The notes: generated by a model from the letters alone, not told the origin. A stretch of 64,000 nt of DNA from Eledone cirrhosa (GCA_964016885.1 OZ024741.1:158968001-159032000); one strand, 5' to 3'. Shown: positions 26,241-40,143, numbered from the stretch's first letter. Made by a program: numbers and translations.

Positions 26241-27860
26241 TAGAGCATCCAATGGGAGACACACCAGTCAAACATGCTCGTAATCTCATTATATACCCTG
26301 AGCCATCTTAGTTGATGTCTGTACAGTGTGGATTGATGCTGCTGGTGTTGGTTAAACAGAGGATTTCTCTGTGTAGTTCTATCTTGTTCCTGTTCACTAT
26401 CTTTTGCCAAAATAGTGAACTAGAGTAATGTGAAATAAAGAGTCTTTCTCAAGGGCATAATGCACTGCTGGACATCAAACACACGACCTTACAATTGTGA
26501 GCCAATAACACACACACACCCATACACACAGTCACACCCATATTCTAAGAGTGATGGGGCCAGGTGTGGGGTCCATCAAACCCATTTGAAGTAACATTGT
26601 GAGTTATGAATTATATTCTTTGGAATCTTGAAGCATAGCATATAGTTTCAGTCCTCCATTTTTGTTGTTATTGTTATTATTGACTAACCTCTGGTCTCTT
26701 CAGTCTCGGCAAATATATATCTTACAGAAGTAGTCTTTGGTCATCTCTGCATGGACAGATCTATCAATGCTCATCTATAGAGCAGTGGTTACCTCTCATT
26801 ATCCATGACACAGGTCATAGGTCATCTCAAGCCATCTATGGTACAGAAGTCATGTCAGGTCATATATGGTAGAGAGCTCACATCAGGTCATGTATGACAC
26901 AGAGGCCAACTCAAGTCAGCTATGGTACAGAGGTTAACTTAGGTTATCTATGGTATAGAGGTTAACTTAGATTATATATGGTAGAGAGTTCATCGCCGCA
27001 TGTACAGATCTATGGTACAGAAGTCATTACAGGTTATTTATGATAGAGAGATCATGTCAAGTCCTCTCTAGACGGACAGATCTATGAGATAGAGCTAGCC
27101 TCTGGTCAAGACTAAAGCAATACAGATTTCTTACAATAAATATTCATCAACAAAACGTGATCATTTCACTGAGTGATATGATTATATGATTATATTAATA
27201 AAGAACACAATAGTCAAAAATCCATGCATAATATGTAGGAAAAAAACAACACTTACTCCTAACTTAACACACCAAGAACAACATTAACAAGCAGCATGCT
27301 TATCTCATATTTGTCTATCTTTCTGGGTTTTTAAACATTATTTATGAGTGTGTGATATATATATATATATATATATCACATAGACCAGTCAAGCCACAAC
27401 TGATGCTACACCATAAACAGCATCCAGTCCATAACTCCATAGTCTCCCAAGACTGATGGACACCTCAGGTATATATCATCATCATCATCATCATTTTACG
27501 TCCGCTTTTCCCTGCTTGCAAGGGTTGGACGGATATATATATATATATATCTATAACCAACATATATATAATAAGTTTGAATCAAAATTTTAGCTGTTGT
27601 ACAGTAAGTACTATTCGATTTGTTTGAGGCAATCAGAAAGCACCCAATGGATCGAAAGTTAAAACATTAGGTCCAGAGTAAACACAACAGTTATAAAGTG
27701 TGACACCAAGAAAACTGACCAAAGGTACTAGCCATACATATAACACAACGAAAATAGATACAGAAATAAATATATATATATATCATAGATTGAGTTAGAA
27801 ACTCAAAATAGTCTTTTACAATTACATAGCTCAGAGAAGGGAACCTTTCCGAGCCGTGTA

Positions 27861-28104
27861 ATATAATTGGATATTTGAGAGGGATGAACACAGATATAAC
27901 TATACATGTATTCCAATTGCGAATGACCAAGTTGGCTAGGTTGAAAAATACTAATTTAAAACAATATGGTTTGCCTGTCTCGATTTAAACCGAATCAGGC
28001 AAACCATATTGTTTTAAATTAATATTTTTAAACCTAGCTAACTTGGTCATTTGCAATTGGAATACATGTATAGTTATATCTGTGTTCATCCCTCTCAAAT
28101 ATCC

Positions 28105-28112
<8 letters not shown>
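27861..28112. repeat. Near-perfect inverted repeat (~117 bp arms, 4 mismatches) inside (TA)n
   Basis: 27861-27977 is the reverse complement of 27996-28112. Confidence 0.95.
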
Positions 28113-28169
<57 letters not shown>

Positions 28170-28568
28170 TGTCTTTGTGTGTGCATGTATACATATATAC
28201 ACATAGACATATATTTGATTCAACTTATGATGTTGTGATATAGGACAAGCACTCAAGCTCCAATAATAGAATTTACCGTCCTAACCAGATAAAAACTGAT
28301 GAAACAAAGTATTTTTGAATGCATACAACTAATTACCATGTATTAAAGCATATATATATATTATACATTGTATCATTCCCCTATGTTGTTCTCCCTCATT
28401 GACTTTTCACATATGTATACATATGTATATATATATAATCAATAATCCACCAGAGATTTATAGAAACATGCATATTCACAAAAATCTGAATAAATAACAA
28501 GTACACATGCACACATATATACACACACGCACAACATGGAATATCTCTCGGAAATTAAATACTCTCAC

Positions 28569-28589
28569 CTTTTGTAATCCACTTGAGTT
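28569..28589 (-). CDS. Candidate 21-nt microexon (NSSGLQK) of the RhoGEF gene
   Basis: TTTTTTTCTTTATGCTAG|AACTCAAGTGGATTACAAAAG|GTGAGA. Phase 0 to 0 with no stop, matching the phase of the flanking exons. Confidence 0.5.
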
Positions 28590-28638
28590 CTAGCATAAAG
28601 AAAAAAATGTATATATATGTGTTTGTACATATGTATGC

Positions 28639-28691
<53 letters not shown>

Positions 28692-29084
28692 GAGAGAGAG
28701 ATGTGAGAGAGGGAGGGGAGAGATACAGAGGGGTGAGATAAGATATGCAGGAACTGAAGAATTTAACACAGATGACTCCCAAAATTGCAATATCTACACA
28801 CACACACACACACACATATATATACATACACAGACACTCACACATATATATATGTATAAAGACATGAAAACATCCCTAATCATGGTGCCATGATAAAATG
28901 CACTTAGTAGAACATGAAACTGTGTGTAAGCATTACATATAGACTTGGTCAGTAAAGACCCCCCCCCCCTCCATCCCAACCCTTGCTAGAAGGGAAAATG
29001 GACATTAAATTATGATGATGATATATATATATATGTATGTCTATATATTTTATAAACATCGTCATAGAAATTCCCAATTTTGCT

Positions 29085-29960
29085 CCTATATAATCTCCTC
29101 TTCCTTACAGTTATAGGTATAGAGTAGAATTTCAGAATTTCCTTCAGTTTCCATGTCTTCCTTCTCCACATTGGTTTTAGTCGCTGAGTCCTTACTCTAT
29201 GTTGACTGACAACTAATTTGTGTTGGGTAGTAAATTCTTCACTAGAGAGTGACTTGGCATTTACGACCCTTTGTCTATCCCGTTTCCTAGTAAGGATATA
29301 GTCTATTTGGCTGCTGTGACTTCCTGATTGGTAGATGATCATGTGGCTGGCTGATTTCCTGGCGTTTGGGCTGCAAACGGTTAGGTCGGGGCTATCATAA
29401 AACTTCAGATGCCTAGCTTTTATTTCTTGTATCATAGCCATCGTCTCCATACAGAATGAGAAAGCTGTCATGGTGTTCCCAACATGTTCCCTGACATCAG
29501 CCAAGATAATGAGATCAGTGTTATTTGTCACTGAAGTAGTCTGTAGGAGGACTTCATAATAGAGGTCCATCTGGTCATCTACAAGTTAAGCTTGTTGGGT
29601 ATATGTAGAGATTATAGTAGCTGTAGTATTACCCATGGTTTGATTATTCTATTACACTCTCTGACTACTGCAATTACCCTGTCTATCTATTCCTCAGCCA
29701 ATAGTATTCTTTCCACACCAACACCATCATTGCTACCCACCCAGAAGATCTTGAACCTATGTTCTTTGCCTGTGATAAATCTGACCAAAGCTTCTCTCTA
29801 CTTTATTTCTTGCACATAGCATACATCTACATGTCTCAGCAGTAGCATCTCCACATGCACTAGATCTACCATTCATTGTGCCCACGTTTATAGTAGCAAC
29901 TCTAAGGAGTTGTGTTTGGAAGGGAGAGGACTGTATGGGTGTCTTCAATTTCTGGTCCTG
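29085..29960 (-). mobile_element. Decayed RTE LINE, 5' AP-endonuclease portion
   Basis: LRVATINVGTMNGRS, SQIDYILTRK and QHKLVVS endonuclease motifs, with frameshifts. Confidence 0.85.
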
Positions 29961-30806
29961 AAAGGAAGAGGTGGTTTAGTATGACTTTCTCAAACTCGTA
30001 TTAAATATGCTCATGTCATATAAAAACAGATAGTTATTTTGAATTTCACCTACAAATCTACTGTTTGTTTTTATTAAGTGTGAAGGTGGGTGTGGGTTGG
30101 AGAAAAAATATATAGGTGCGTCTGTGTGTGTGCTTAATAGCTTGCAAAATATGAGAACAGAATTTTTTAATATAAACTAATTATTATTTGAAAAAATTAT
30201 CATAACCAATGTTATTTGATGAAAATTGAATTTTATGCAACAAAGGAAGATGCGTGTGTGTGTGTGTGTGTGTGTTCCTGTGTCTATATTTAACTTGGTA
30301 TCTGTCTTGGTGTTTATGTCCCATAACATAGCTATTCGATAAAATAAGTACCAGACTTTAAAAAAATAAGTATTGGTGTTGATGTGATCAACTAAGTCAA
30401 GGCAGTGCCCCAACATGGCCTCAGCCTAATGACCAAAATTAGTAAAAGAATAAAAACTATTACAAACTGAAGTTTATAGAAGGCTTGGATGTAACAAATT
30501 GGATGCATATTATTGTCATGAAGGGGTTGTAAACGAATCGAAAAACATAATTTTCAGCAACATGAAGGGTGTTAATAAAAGATGAAGAAGTTTTAAAAAA
30601 TGAAATTATTTCTAGAATAATCAGTATGATATAGAGATTCATCAAGTGAAAACACACACATACACATTATCACACACATGTAGTGTGTATGACTATATAT
30701 ATATATATGTGTGTGTGTATATAAAAGGTAAACAGAAATAACAACACAATCAGTACAGTATATGGAAGGAATATATTAGATTAACGCTTGAAATAGCAGG
30801 AAGAGG

Positions 30807-30844
30807 CTCTTAACGTTTCGGACGCTAGTCTTTCATCAGAAGAA
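30807..30844 (-). ncRNA. Minimal type I hammerhead ribozyme-like motif
   Basis: UUCUU-CUGAUGA-AAGAC(UAGC)GUCC-GAAA-CG-UU-AAGAG on the minus strand. Confidence 0.55.
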
Positions 30845-31573
30845 AGAATGAGAAATTAGAAAGATTGAAGGGACGGGCAGGGCAGAATCGGAAAAAAATG
30901 TTTTTAGAGTAAAATAACAGGTCCATTCATGTTGCCATTTCTATCATAAACATACACATACAGACACCTATATAATTAAAAAAAGGACAAACACAGATAC
31001 AACAACAATAGTCTTATTAGGTTCACACTGGAAAAAGGAAAGTTCAATGTATCAGACATTAGTCCTTCAAGAGGATTAGAAGAATATAAAGAAAAGGTTC
31101 AGAAAGTAGAAGTCACACAAAGATGGAGTTTCATAGATAGAAGAGGATAAAATAAGAGGTAGATGTGAGTGTGTGTTGTATATAATACCACTTTGTGTGT
31201 ATGTGTTGTTGGAGTGATGCATATATATATATATACACACAAACAGCGGACAACAGAGGCCACGTACCGTTCCTCTCCGACAGACAACTTTCCTCCCCGG
31301 AAAACCCCCCAGTTGATGGATGCGAATCCGAAATATAGGGACAATTAAATCTCTCCCAAGGTAACTCTATCTCGTGTTATTATTTTTATTTTTTACGCTC
31401 TTTCCTACGTTCCTCTACACACTATACATCTTATTCTACACTCCCTTACATCTCTCTCTTTACCACCGGATTCTGTTACCCGGAGATTTACCCATCTGCA
31501 TTGTTGAGGCTTCCAAAACGACAAAAAAATTTTTTTATTATTCCACAATGCTTCAAGCAAACTTCAATATTCT

Positions 31574-31622
<49 letters not shown>

Positions 31623-34600
31623 AGCCACATCGGAGATGGGAATAGTTCCTTTATTTTCCTCAGAAGAGATATTAATCTTTAAATATCATGACATATGAAT
31701 AAATTAAGGTAAAAAAACAACCCCTGTTTCTTACGACTTAATTATTTTGCGTCCAACCTGCATTAACATGGCTTTCAAACTTTGAATTCTTTATATACAC
31801 ACATATATAAATATGTATGAAAAGGTAAACAGAACTAACAGCATGATCGGGACAGTATATGGAAGGAATATATTAGGCTAATGCTTGAAATAGCAGGAAA
31901 TCTTTCGTATCACTGAAATTTTCTTTGCTTCTTTATATATATATATATATATACATATATACGACGTGTAAAAGACACGGCAAAAAGCACCCAGCACACA
32001 CTGTCAATGTGGTTGGCATTAGGAAGGGCATCCAGCTGTAGAAAACCAGCCAGAAACACCCCTATATGAGTCAAGACACGGTCACCTGACACAACTAAAT
32101 GAGACACGTCTAATCCATGCTAGCGTCGAAGATGGACGTCAATCGATGATGATAATGATGATGATGATACAACACATACACAACTCTGAAGTAATTGAAT
32201 ATTATGCCAACCACAGTAACTATAGCAACATGGACATCACCATAATATTTATTCTTTACATTGACACAAAGCCTCAAACTTTGGGGGAGGGGGGAAGGTG
32301 CAGCCAATTTAATTGAGTCTCATCTCCCATGAATATGACTAGTATGAACCAATGAAGGAGCCTCAAAGTGGTTAGTTGACCTGCTAGAATAAGTAGATAT
32401 ATTTCTCCCGAATTACCCAATTATCTTAACCCTTTTGTTACCAACCTGGTCAAAAATGTTCTGGTACAATAAAACAAAACCACCCATTTTAAAGGGTTCC
32501 TATTTAAATTATAATCTTCCAACATCATTCTATGTAGGAACCTGTATGTTAAGTAATTTTAGTAAATCTCTCCAAATTATTCAATAAATTATTGAAATAG
32601 AGTGTATTTCATTAGAAATATGGTCAGAAAAGGATAATTAAAAACAAAAATAGTTATATTACATTATCTAGTCATAGGAATAATTGTGGCTGGAATAGCT
32701 TTGACCTTAAGTCTATTTGACAAGAGTTGACATGGGGTTAAACAACAGCAGCAACAACAGTTATTTATTTGTTACTACCCTCCTGGATGGGCTGTCAATG
32801 ATGAGGCTTAAATGGATGATACATTTTAGTTCATTCTTTATGGTTGAATGTTTTTCCTATTATTAACCACTTTACAGAGTGTTAACATGCTCCTCAAGTC
32901 TAGAGGCTCATTATATCAGATCAGAACCTATCCTAGTTTGATGTAGCAGTGACAGACCCATTGTCAGCTCTTGGAGCTTGGAGGGAGGGGTTTAGAACAT
33001 TCTGAGTGAGTCCTCTTTCTAAGGTGGGGTTTCAGAATAAGCATATCATGCCAGAAATGCACCAAGTACACTCTGTAAAGTGGCTGGTGATAAGAAGGGC
33101 ATCCAACACCTTCTAGTAGGGAAAACAGACATTAAATGATGATGATGATGACCTCAAAAGTTGATGTTTGTGAGATTTTAAACACTTCATTGTTATAATA
33201 AATTACCTCAATAATATTGATTTCTAATTTAGTCACAAGATCAACAGTGTATGGGGAGAAGAAAGTTGATTACATCAGTCCTCAGTATATAACTGGTATT
33301 TTATTTTATAGACCCCAAGTAGAATGAAAGGCAAAGTTGGTGTTGGTGGTATTTGAAAGCCCCTACCCTTACAATCTACCACCGCTGTTGCTGTTGCTTT
33401 TTTAGTATTCATATCATCCATAATTCAGTAATAGACCTATGATCAAAATCATGTTTAACCTTGTCCAACCTTTCTTTCTGTCTCACCCCTTGCACTGCAC
33501 AGTTCAACCAGGTCTTCTAAACAAAATAAAGTTTATGATATGAGGGGGACTAGGGAGCTATTTCTAGTTAGTCTAGCAGCCACTTATAGATTCGCTCCCT
33601 TGATATTAACAAGTAATTGTCAAATGCGGATAGAAATTCTTTTATAAAAAAGGGAATGAAGGTAGAAGAAAAATAAAAATAAATAAAGAAACAAAAAAAA
33701 AGTGGAGAACAAAAATAAACGAAACAAAATAATTTAAAAAAACAATAAATTATAAAAATATAAATGCATAAAAAAATTATCCCCAAAAATATCACCAATT
33801 TTTTTTTAATGTGAAAAATAAAAACAAAAAACAAAAAAAAAACAATCAATGTTTTTTTTCCCATGAGCCATTGCAATTTCAGAATTATTTATAGAGAAGT
33901 AAGTCTGATTTATTAATAATTTGGCTGACATACATATCAAAGGTAGTGAAGTAAAAAACACTTCAGATTACAATAGATAGAGATATAGTAGTGTATATAC
34001 ATATGTATATATACATATATATATATGTGCATATATCCCTCTTTATATACATGTATCTGTATATGTATGTCTACTTTGTAACGAGAAATGTCTTCAACAG
34101 CTTGAGACACTCCAAATATAATATTGCAAAGGAAAGAACAGTGAGACGAAAATTTCCAGAATAAAATAAATTACTGAATTTTGCACACACACACACACAT
34201 ATATATTAAATATATATATATATATACGTAAAATATATGTGTGTGTGTGTGCTGTTGGTTCCAATGAAAATTATTTAAGTTGTTCAAACCAACAGAAGAA
34301 CCTATTTTTGCGATTAATGTGCAAGTGGCTGAGCATTCCATAGACACATATACCTTTAACATAGCACTTAGGGAGATTCAGTGTGACACAGTATGGTCGA
34401 TGGCTGGCTCTTTGATTTACAGGTACAACTCACTTTTCCAGCTGATAGACTGGATCAATGTGAAACAGTGTCTTGCTCAAGGACACAATACACTGCGCAG
34501 AAACAAACTTACAACCATATCATCATGAGCCTAACACCCTAACCACAAAGCCCCGCACTTTCACATCCACACACACACACACACTATTTGTATAAGGAAG

Positions 34601-34664
34601 CTTCATTCACCATAAAATCAATTGCTTGAAGATCAAGAATAAATCACTTAGAATTTGTCTTCTT

Positions 34665-34945
34665 TTCTTTGCCCACTTATTGAGGTCGTTGGGGCAGAAT
34701 ACTGAAACACTCCTTCCAACAGGTCCTGTCAGAAGTGACCACCTCCAACTGATTCAGCTGGATACCCAAGCATGACCAGCTGAGCGCATGGATGTTATCC
34801 AACCATCTTGCTCAGGGTCTACCCCTAGGTCTCTTGCCAGTTGGTTTTGCTCATAAAATCTGTCCAGTGATTCTTTCCTGAGACATTCTAACCACATGTC
34901 CAGAGTATCGGAGCTGTGATCTCTCAATTTGGAGAAGTAGCAGCT
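34665..34945 (-). mobile_element. 3' end of a second RTE-type LINE family
   Basis: Minus-strand translation IERSQLRYSGHVVRMSQERITGQIL*AKPTGKRPRGRP. Confidence 0.7.
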
Positions 34946-35513
34946 CGACCTGGAGTGACTCTCTCATCTCCCTGTTCTAGCAATGGACTCTCTATTATGA
35001 ACACCTTCTTCCAGAACAGAGACATCCATAAATATACTCAGAATTTGTTTGGACTAAATATCATTCCACTCTACTTAAAAGCATTGAGTACTTTCTTACT
35101 CTTAATTGCATTTCACACCAGTGTCATACCACCAACTAATGTGTGTTTGTAAGTAAGTAGAAGTGCATCTGATTATAATCATGTTTGTGAGTTACAACAC
35201 ACAGCTACACACGCATACATTCACACACATTAAAGGTTTAAGCACAGAATCATTGCTTTTACATTAAACTTTTAATATGTATAAATTATAAATATTTGCT
35301 CTATGATTATATATATATATAACTTTTATCGAATCCTCTCTAAATTTTAGACTTTTGAACTTTCCATTTATTATTATTATTATATCATATATTCTGCTGA
35401 AAATACAGTACTTAATCAAGCTTAGATACATCTTTGCATATAACAAATCTTGAGTAAAATAAATTCTAGCATTACATTAGAAATACAAATTATTTCAAAT
35501 ACACATCCACGTA

Positions 35514-35558
<45 letters not shown>

Positions 35559-35974
35559 AAAAGCAGATTTAGAGAGAGGGGATAGAGGTTTACAAATGTT
35601 TTCCTTGGGTGTGGGGGTGAAGTGAGATATATATTCGTTTGGAGATGGGGGGGGGGGGCGGTTAATTCGTAGTCTTGTGATATGATCCTGGACAGATGAA
35701 AGACAAAGTTGGCCATGACAAACTATTGAACTGAGAGAACTATAAGTGACATAAATGTAACTAAAGTGACACACTGTCGATTCTGTTCACACACACATAA
35801 TATGATACAATATATTTTCTGTTTATTTTTTACAGAAATGACCACTGATAATATAATAATTTTTTAGATTATCAACTTCATTTTTAGAGTGTATATTTTA
35901 AATATTTACATCTACATTATGTTTCAATTAGTTTTATCTTCAATCTTCATCAGATGTTTTAGTCCTAATATGAA

Positions 35975-36125
35975 CTGGTCTAGTGTATGTGTATCTGGTT
36001 TAGTGTGTGTGTATCTTGTTTAATATCTGTGTGTGTCTAGTTTAGTGCATATGTGTGTGTCTGGTTTAGTCTGTGTGTATCTAGTTTAGTGTGTGTGTGT
36101 ATCTGGTTTAGTATGTATGTATCAA
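35975..36125. repeat. ~22 bp minisatellite TCTGGTTTAGTGTGTGTGTA
   Basis: About seven visible units. Confidence 0.8.
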
Positions 36126-37486
36126 GTTCAGAACAGGTACACCATTTCCCTGCATGTCATAAAAGGGTTGGTGTCAAGAAGGGGTTCACAATGCTAACCC
36201 TTGCATTAGCAGGGAAAAATTGTATTTAAATGCTTGCTGTATGCAGCTGGTTACAGGCTGGATTCAAACTAAGAAGCCTTATTTATAAACTAATAATTTG
36301 CATGGACCAAGGAATTAATGGATAAGGACATCTTTACTCCAAGTTTAGAAATAATTATTCCCATTTGTAATTAAGTTTGGCCCCATATATTTAAAAGTGT
36401 TTCTTGAGTCTAGAAGTTCATCAGACTAGATATTATCCTGGTTTCATGTGACATCAAGTGAATAAGAGTACACCATTTTCCTTGCAAAGGTGACCTGCCC
36501 ATCACAAGGTTAATCCTTAGCTGCAGCTGCAGCTGCTGGTACTCATTTATCAGCTGTGTGGACTGGAGTAATGTGAAATGAAGTATCTTGCTCTAGGATA
36601 AAATGCATTGCTCAGTCCAGAGATCAAAACTTGCAGCCTTGTAATAATTAGTTAAACAAACTAACCAGTAGGCCACCAGCCTTCACTTGGTAGACATCAG
36701 AAAATAAGTCAGCTGATAATAACCAAAAATAAAACAAGTATATAGATGTTCTTCATGGCTCTTAACACTTGCTGGCATCCTAAGAGTACTCTCCTGATAA
36801 ACAGCATGTCTTGGGAATTTTAAACCAATCAGGTTTGAACACAGAGAGAGGGTGAGTAATGACTGAAAAAGAGTGAGAGAGAGAATCACTCCCAATACTG
36901 GACAGGTACTTAATTTCTCAACCTGGAAAGGATAAAAGGCAAAGTTGACCTTGGCTGGAATTGAACTGAGAGCATAAGAACAAATACAGGGGAAGTTTTA
37001 TTCTAATGCCCTAAAACCTAATTTGTTACCTACAATATAAATGTATCTATTATAAATATACACTCTAAAAATAACGATCAAAACCTATAGCCAAAATTAT
37101 TATGTTGATAACAAGAAGGGATTTCTGATATTGAGATAAGATATAGATAAAAACTGGAGATTCAGGAATATAATAAATATCTAAACAAAAATTCAAATTC
37201 ATATTAAAATTCATCATTAGATCTTCAATAAAATATTATATGTTTCTTTCTCTTCCTACAACCATTACTAATAATCGGGTAGTTAACAAATAAGGGTTGA
37301 GTATATACATGTAATATGTGTATATATATACATATATGTATATATACATACGCATATGTATATATATCTATATCTATACACATACATACATATATTGAAA
37401 CAAATATGTATGTAAGAATGCACATATTATATATATATATATATATATACACATACACATACATGCATATATATACATGTATTTGT

Positions 37487-37549
<63 letters not shown>

Positions 37550-37864
37550 CATGTATAGAAAATGTAAGAAACTCTGATGCAGAAATAACTGTAAATACAG
37601 TTGTTTGCTATAAACAATAGCTTAGAAAATAGGGTAGAATACCCCCATGGATGGAAAATGTGGCCAGTGGCTGCTTTGAAGAACTGAACTTCATATATTT
37701 CTATCTGCTTGAAGCATTCAGCTAAATGACCTTAGAGGTAGTGTACAGGATTTTCTAAGCTACTATTTAGAGTAAATGGCTCTATTTACAGTTATTTCTT
37801 ACATTTTCAATGAACATAATTCTTCAAAACTTTTGATGAGTCTGCATGTTATTTGCCCCCTGAA

Positions 37865-38085
37865 ATATATATATATATGTATTTTATATATATATACACA
37901 CGTCTACATATATATATATATAAATAAATATATATATATCTCTATATATATATATATGCACATATATATACACACATATCTATCTATACATATATATATA
38001 CACGCATATCTATCTATACATATATATATACATATATATATACATACATACCTATATATATATATACGTATATATATACACATAC

Positions 38086-38116
<31 letters not shown>

Positions 38117-38345
38117 CATATACATATATATATATACATATCTATATATACATATATATATACATAGATGTGCACGTACATATATATATATATGTACACA
38201 CACAAATGCACACATATATACATATATATATACATAAATATGTACGTATATATATGTGTGTATATATATGTACACACACACATGGACACACATATAAACA
38301 TATGTGTGTGTGTGTAATGTGTAAAATATATATATATGTAAATAT
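37865..38345. repeat. Long compound (TA)n/(CA)n low-complexity tract (similar tracts at 20640-21030 and 37300-37555)
   Basis: Source of the spurious YI-rich ORFs in the track. Confidence 0.9.
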
Positions 38346-39202
38346 ATTCACAATAATATGCATATTCAAATATCGTCCCTTTCAGAGCCCTGTCAATGGG
38401 ATTGAACTATAATTTTCACCCATATAAGACCTTTCATCGTGGTGAGTAAAAGGGGTAAAGTCATCTTTACATATTCATCTTGTATTTGCCCTGGAAATAA
38501 ACAGAAGTAAGTTATATAAATCACACTTTCATCATATCAGGAACATACATTTTCATAGGTGAAGATAGCTTCTGAGTAGATATTTTTATATGTGCAGAGC
38601 CTTTGTGCGTGGTGTGTGCATGTGTGAATGAATGTGTGTATATATATATATGTGTGTGTTTATATTACCTGAGAATTACATCAAGAGTACATGTGCCTGT
38701 GGAATGCTGAGCCACTTACACATTAATTTCATGAGCAGGCAGTTCCATTGATTAAATCAACTGGAGTGTTCATTGTTGGAAGCGATGGAAGTCCAACAGC
38801 AACAACATGTGTGTATATATATATATATATATAGAGATAGATAGATAGATAGATAGATAAACAAAAATAAATTTGATCAAATACACAATAACATCGATCA
38901 TATTCTCTGGTAATTGCTCAATGACAAAACAGTTGTGAAAAGAACTGGCCAGAGTGTATACATTAGTTAATATTACCTAAACAAACATATCCAAGACCAT
39001 CTGTAGATATATAGATATAAAGGCACAAGAAAAGCGGGAAGGCAAGCAATGAATTTATATGAAGATGATAAATACTGATTTTAAGCCTATACAGAACTGC
39101 TTCAAGCTGTTAAAAAATGATGCAGATTGCCATTATTAAATAAAAGGCATCATTAAAATGTTATGCTCTCCTCAGTAAGCAGCATCTTATTATTTACACA
39201 TA

Positions 39203-39391
39203 GCGGTGGATTGGCAGTATCAGTAGAGGGTCGGACGCCATGCTTTGACGCAAAGAGTTACGTCCCTTTACGATCTGAGTTCAAATCGCGCCGAGGTTAA
39301 CTTTGCTTTCATCCTTACGGGGTCGATAAAATAAAGTACCGGTAATGTACTGGGTAATTGCTGGCCTTGTGCCAAAAGTAGAAATAATTAT
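39203..39391 (+). mobile_element. SINE family B, young full-length copy
   Basis: A-box-like TGGCAGTATCAG, B box GAGTTCAAATC. Flanked by a TTATTATTTACACATA direct repeat (probable target-site duplication). Confidence 0.9.
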
Positions 39392-40042
39392 TTACACATA
39401 ACTCTCTCTCCCTCTCTCTCTCTCTATATATATATACATATGGTCATTTTCATACTTTTATGTCCACTTTCCATGTTGGCATGTGTTTGATGAGACTAAA
39501 CAAGTCAGAGGACTGTCTTGCTCATTTCCTCATATTTATACAGGATTTCTATAACTGGATTCACTTCCTAATGCCAACCATTCTACAGAGTACACCGTGT
39601 GTGTGTATACATACATATACATACATATATATATATATAGAAAGAGAGAGAGAGAGAGAGAGAGTCATTAGAACATCAGACAGAGTACTTTGTGGTATTC
39701 GTTCCAGCTCTCTGAGTTCAAATCCCGCCATGGTCAACTTTGCCTTTCTTCCTTTCGAGGTTGATAAAAATAGTACCAGCCTAGTCCTGGGGGCAATTAA
39801 TTTGCTATATCTCTTTCTCACTTTCTATCCTTCTCTGGAAGAAATCTGCTGTACTCAGTCCTGGAGATAAATGAACTACGCTTGGCTTAAAATGCCCAAG
39901 AATCACTGTTTATCAATACAGCATTCCAACAACTTAATCAGGAGTTATAGGACTGGACTATACCATATATATATATATATGTAGACTTAGCACTTCCCTA
40001 TAAACAAGTGCTATTATGCCTCATATCATTGTACCTTATTTT

Positions 40043-40104
40043 TTATCTGAAGAGAACACAACATCTGTCCCAGGATGATTTTGTATTCGAAATACGTATA
40101 ATAA
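40043..40104 (+). ncRNA. Type I hammerhead ribozyme motif in a (TA)n-embedded insert (~39980-40145)
   Basis: Stem I UUAU/AUAA, core CUGAAGA, stem II GAACACAACAUC...GAUGAUUUUGUAUUC, GAAA, palindromic UACGUA, UA cleavage site. Confidence 0.7.
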
Positions 40105-40143
40105 CATATATGGAACTCTTATAACCATCTTTATTTCATCTTC

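Noticed and set aside
27971-28000. Hammerhead at the apex of the 117-bp hairpin
   Set aside because: The minus strand gives CUGAUUC...GAGA, with three core positions wrong. The pairing is explained by the inversion alone.
37225-38412. Multiple 75-150 aa ORFs rich in Y/I/C/V/H/T
   Set aside because: Translations of (TA)n/(CA)n microsatellites. The same applies to most short ORFs in the track.
38471-38571. Two possible tiny exons (38471-38490 and 38549-38571)
   Set aside because: Lengths of 20 and 23 nt break frame, and each has one weak splice site. Not supportable without RNA data.
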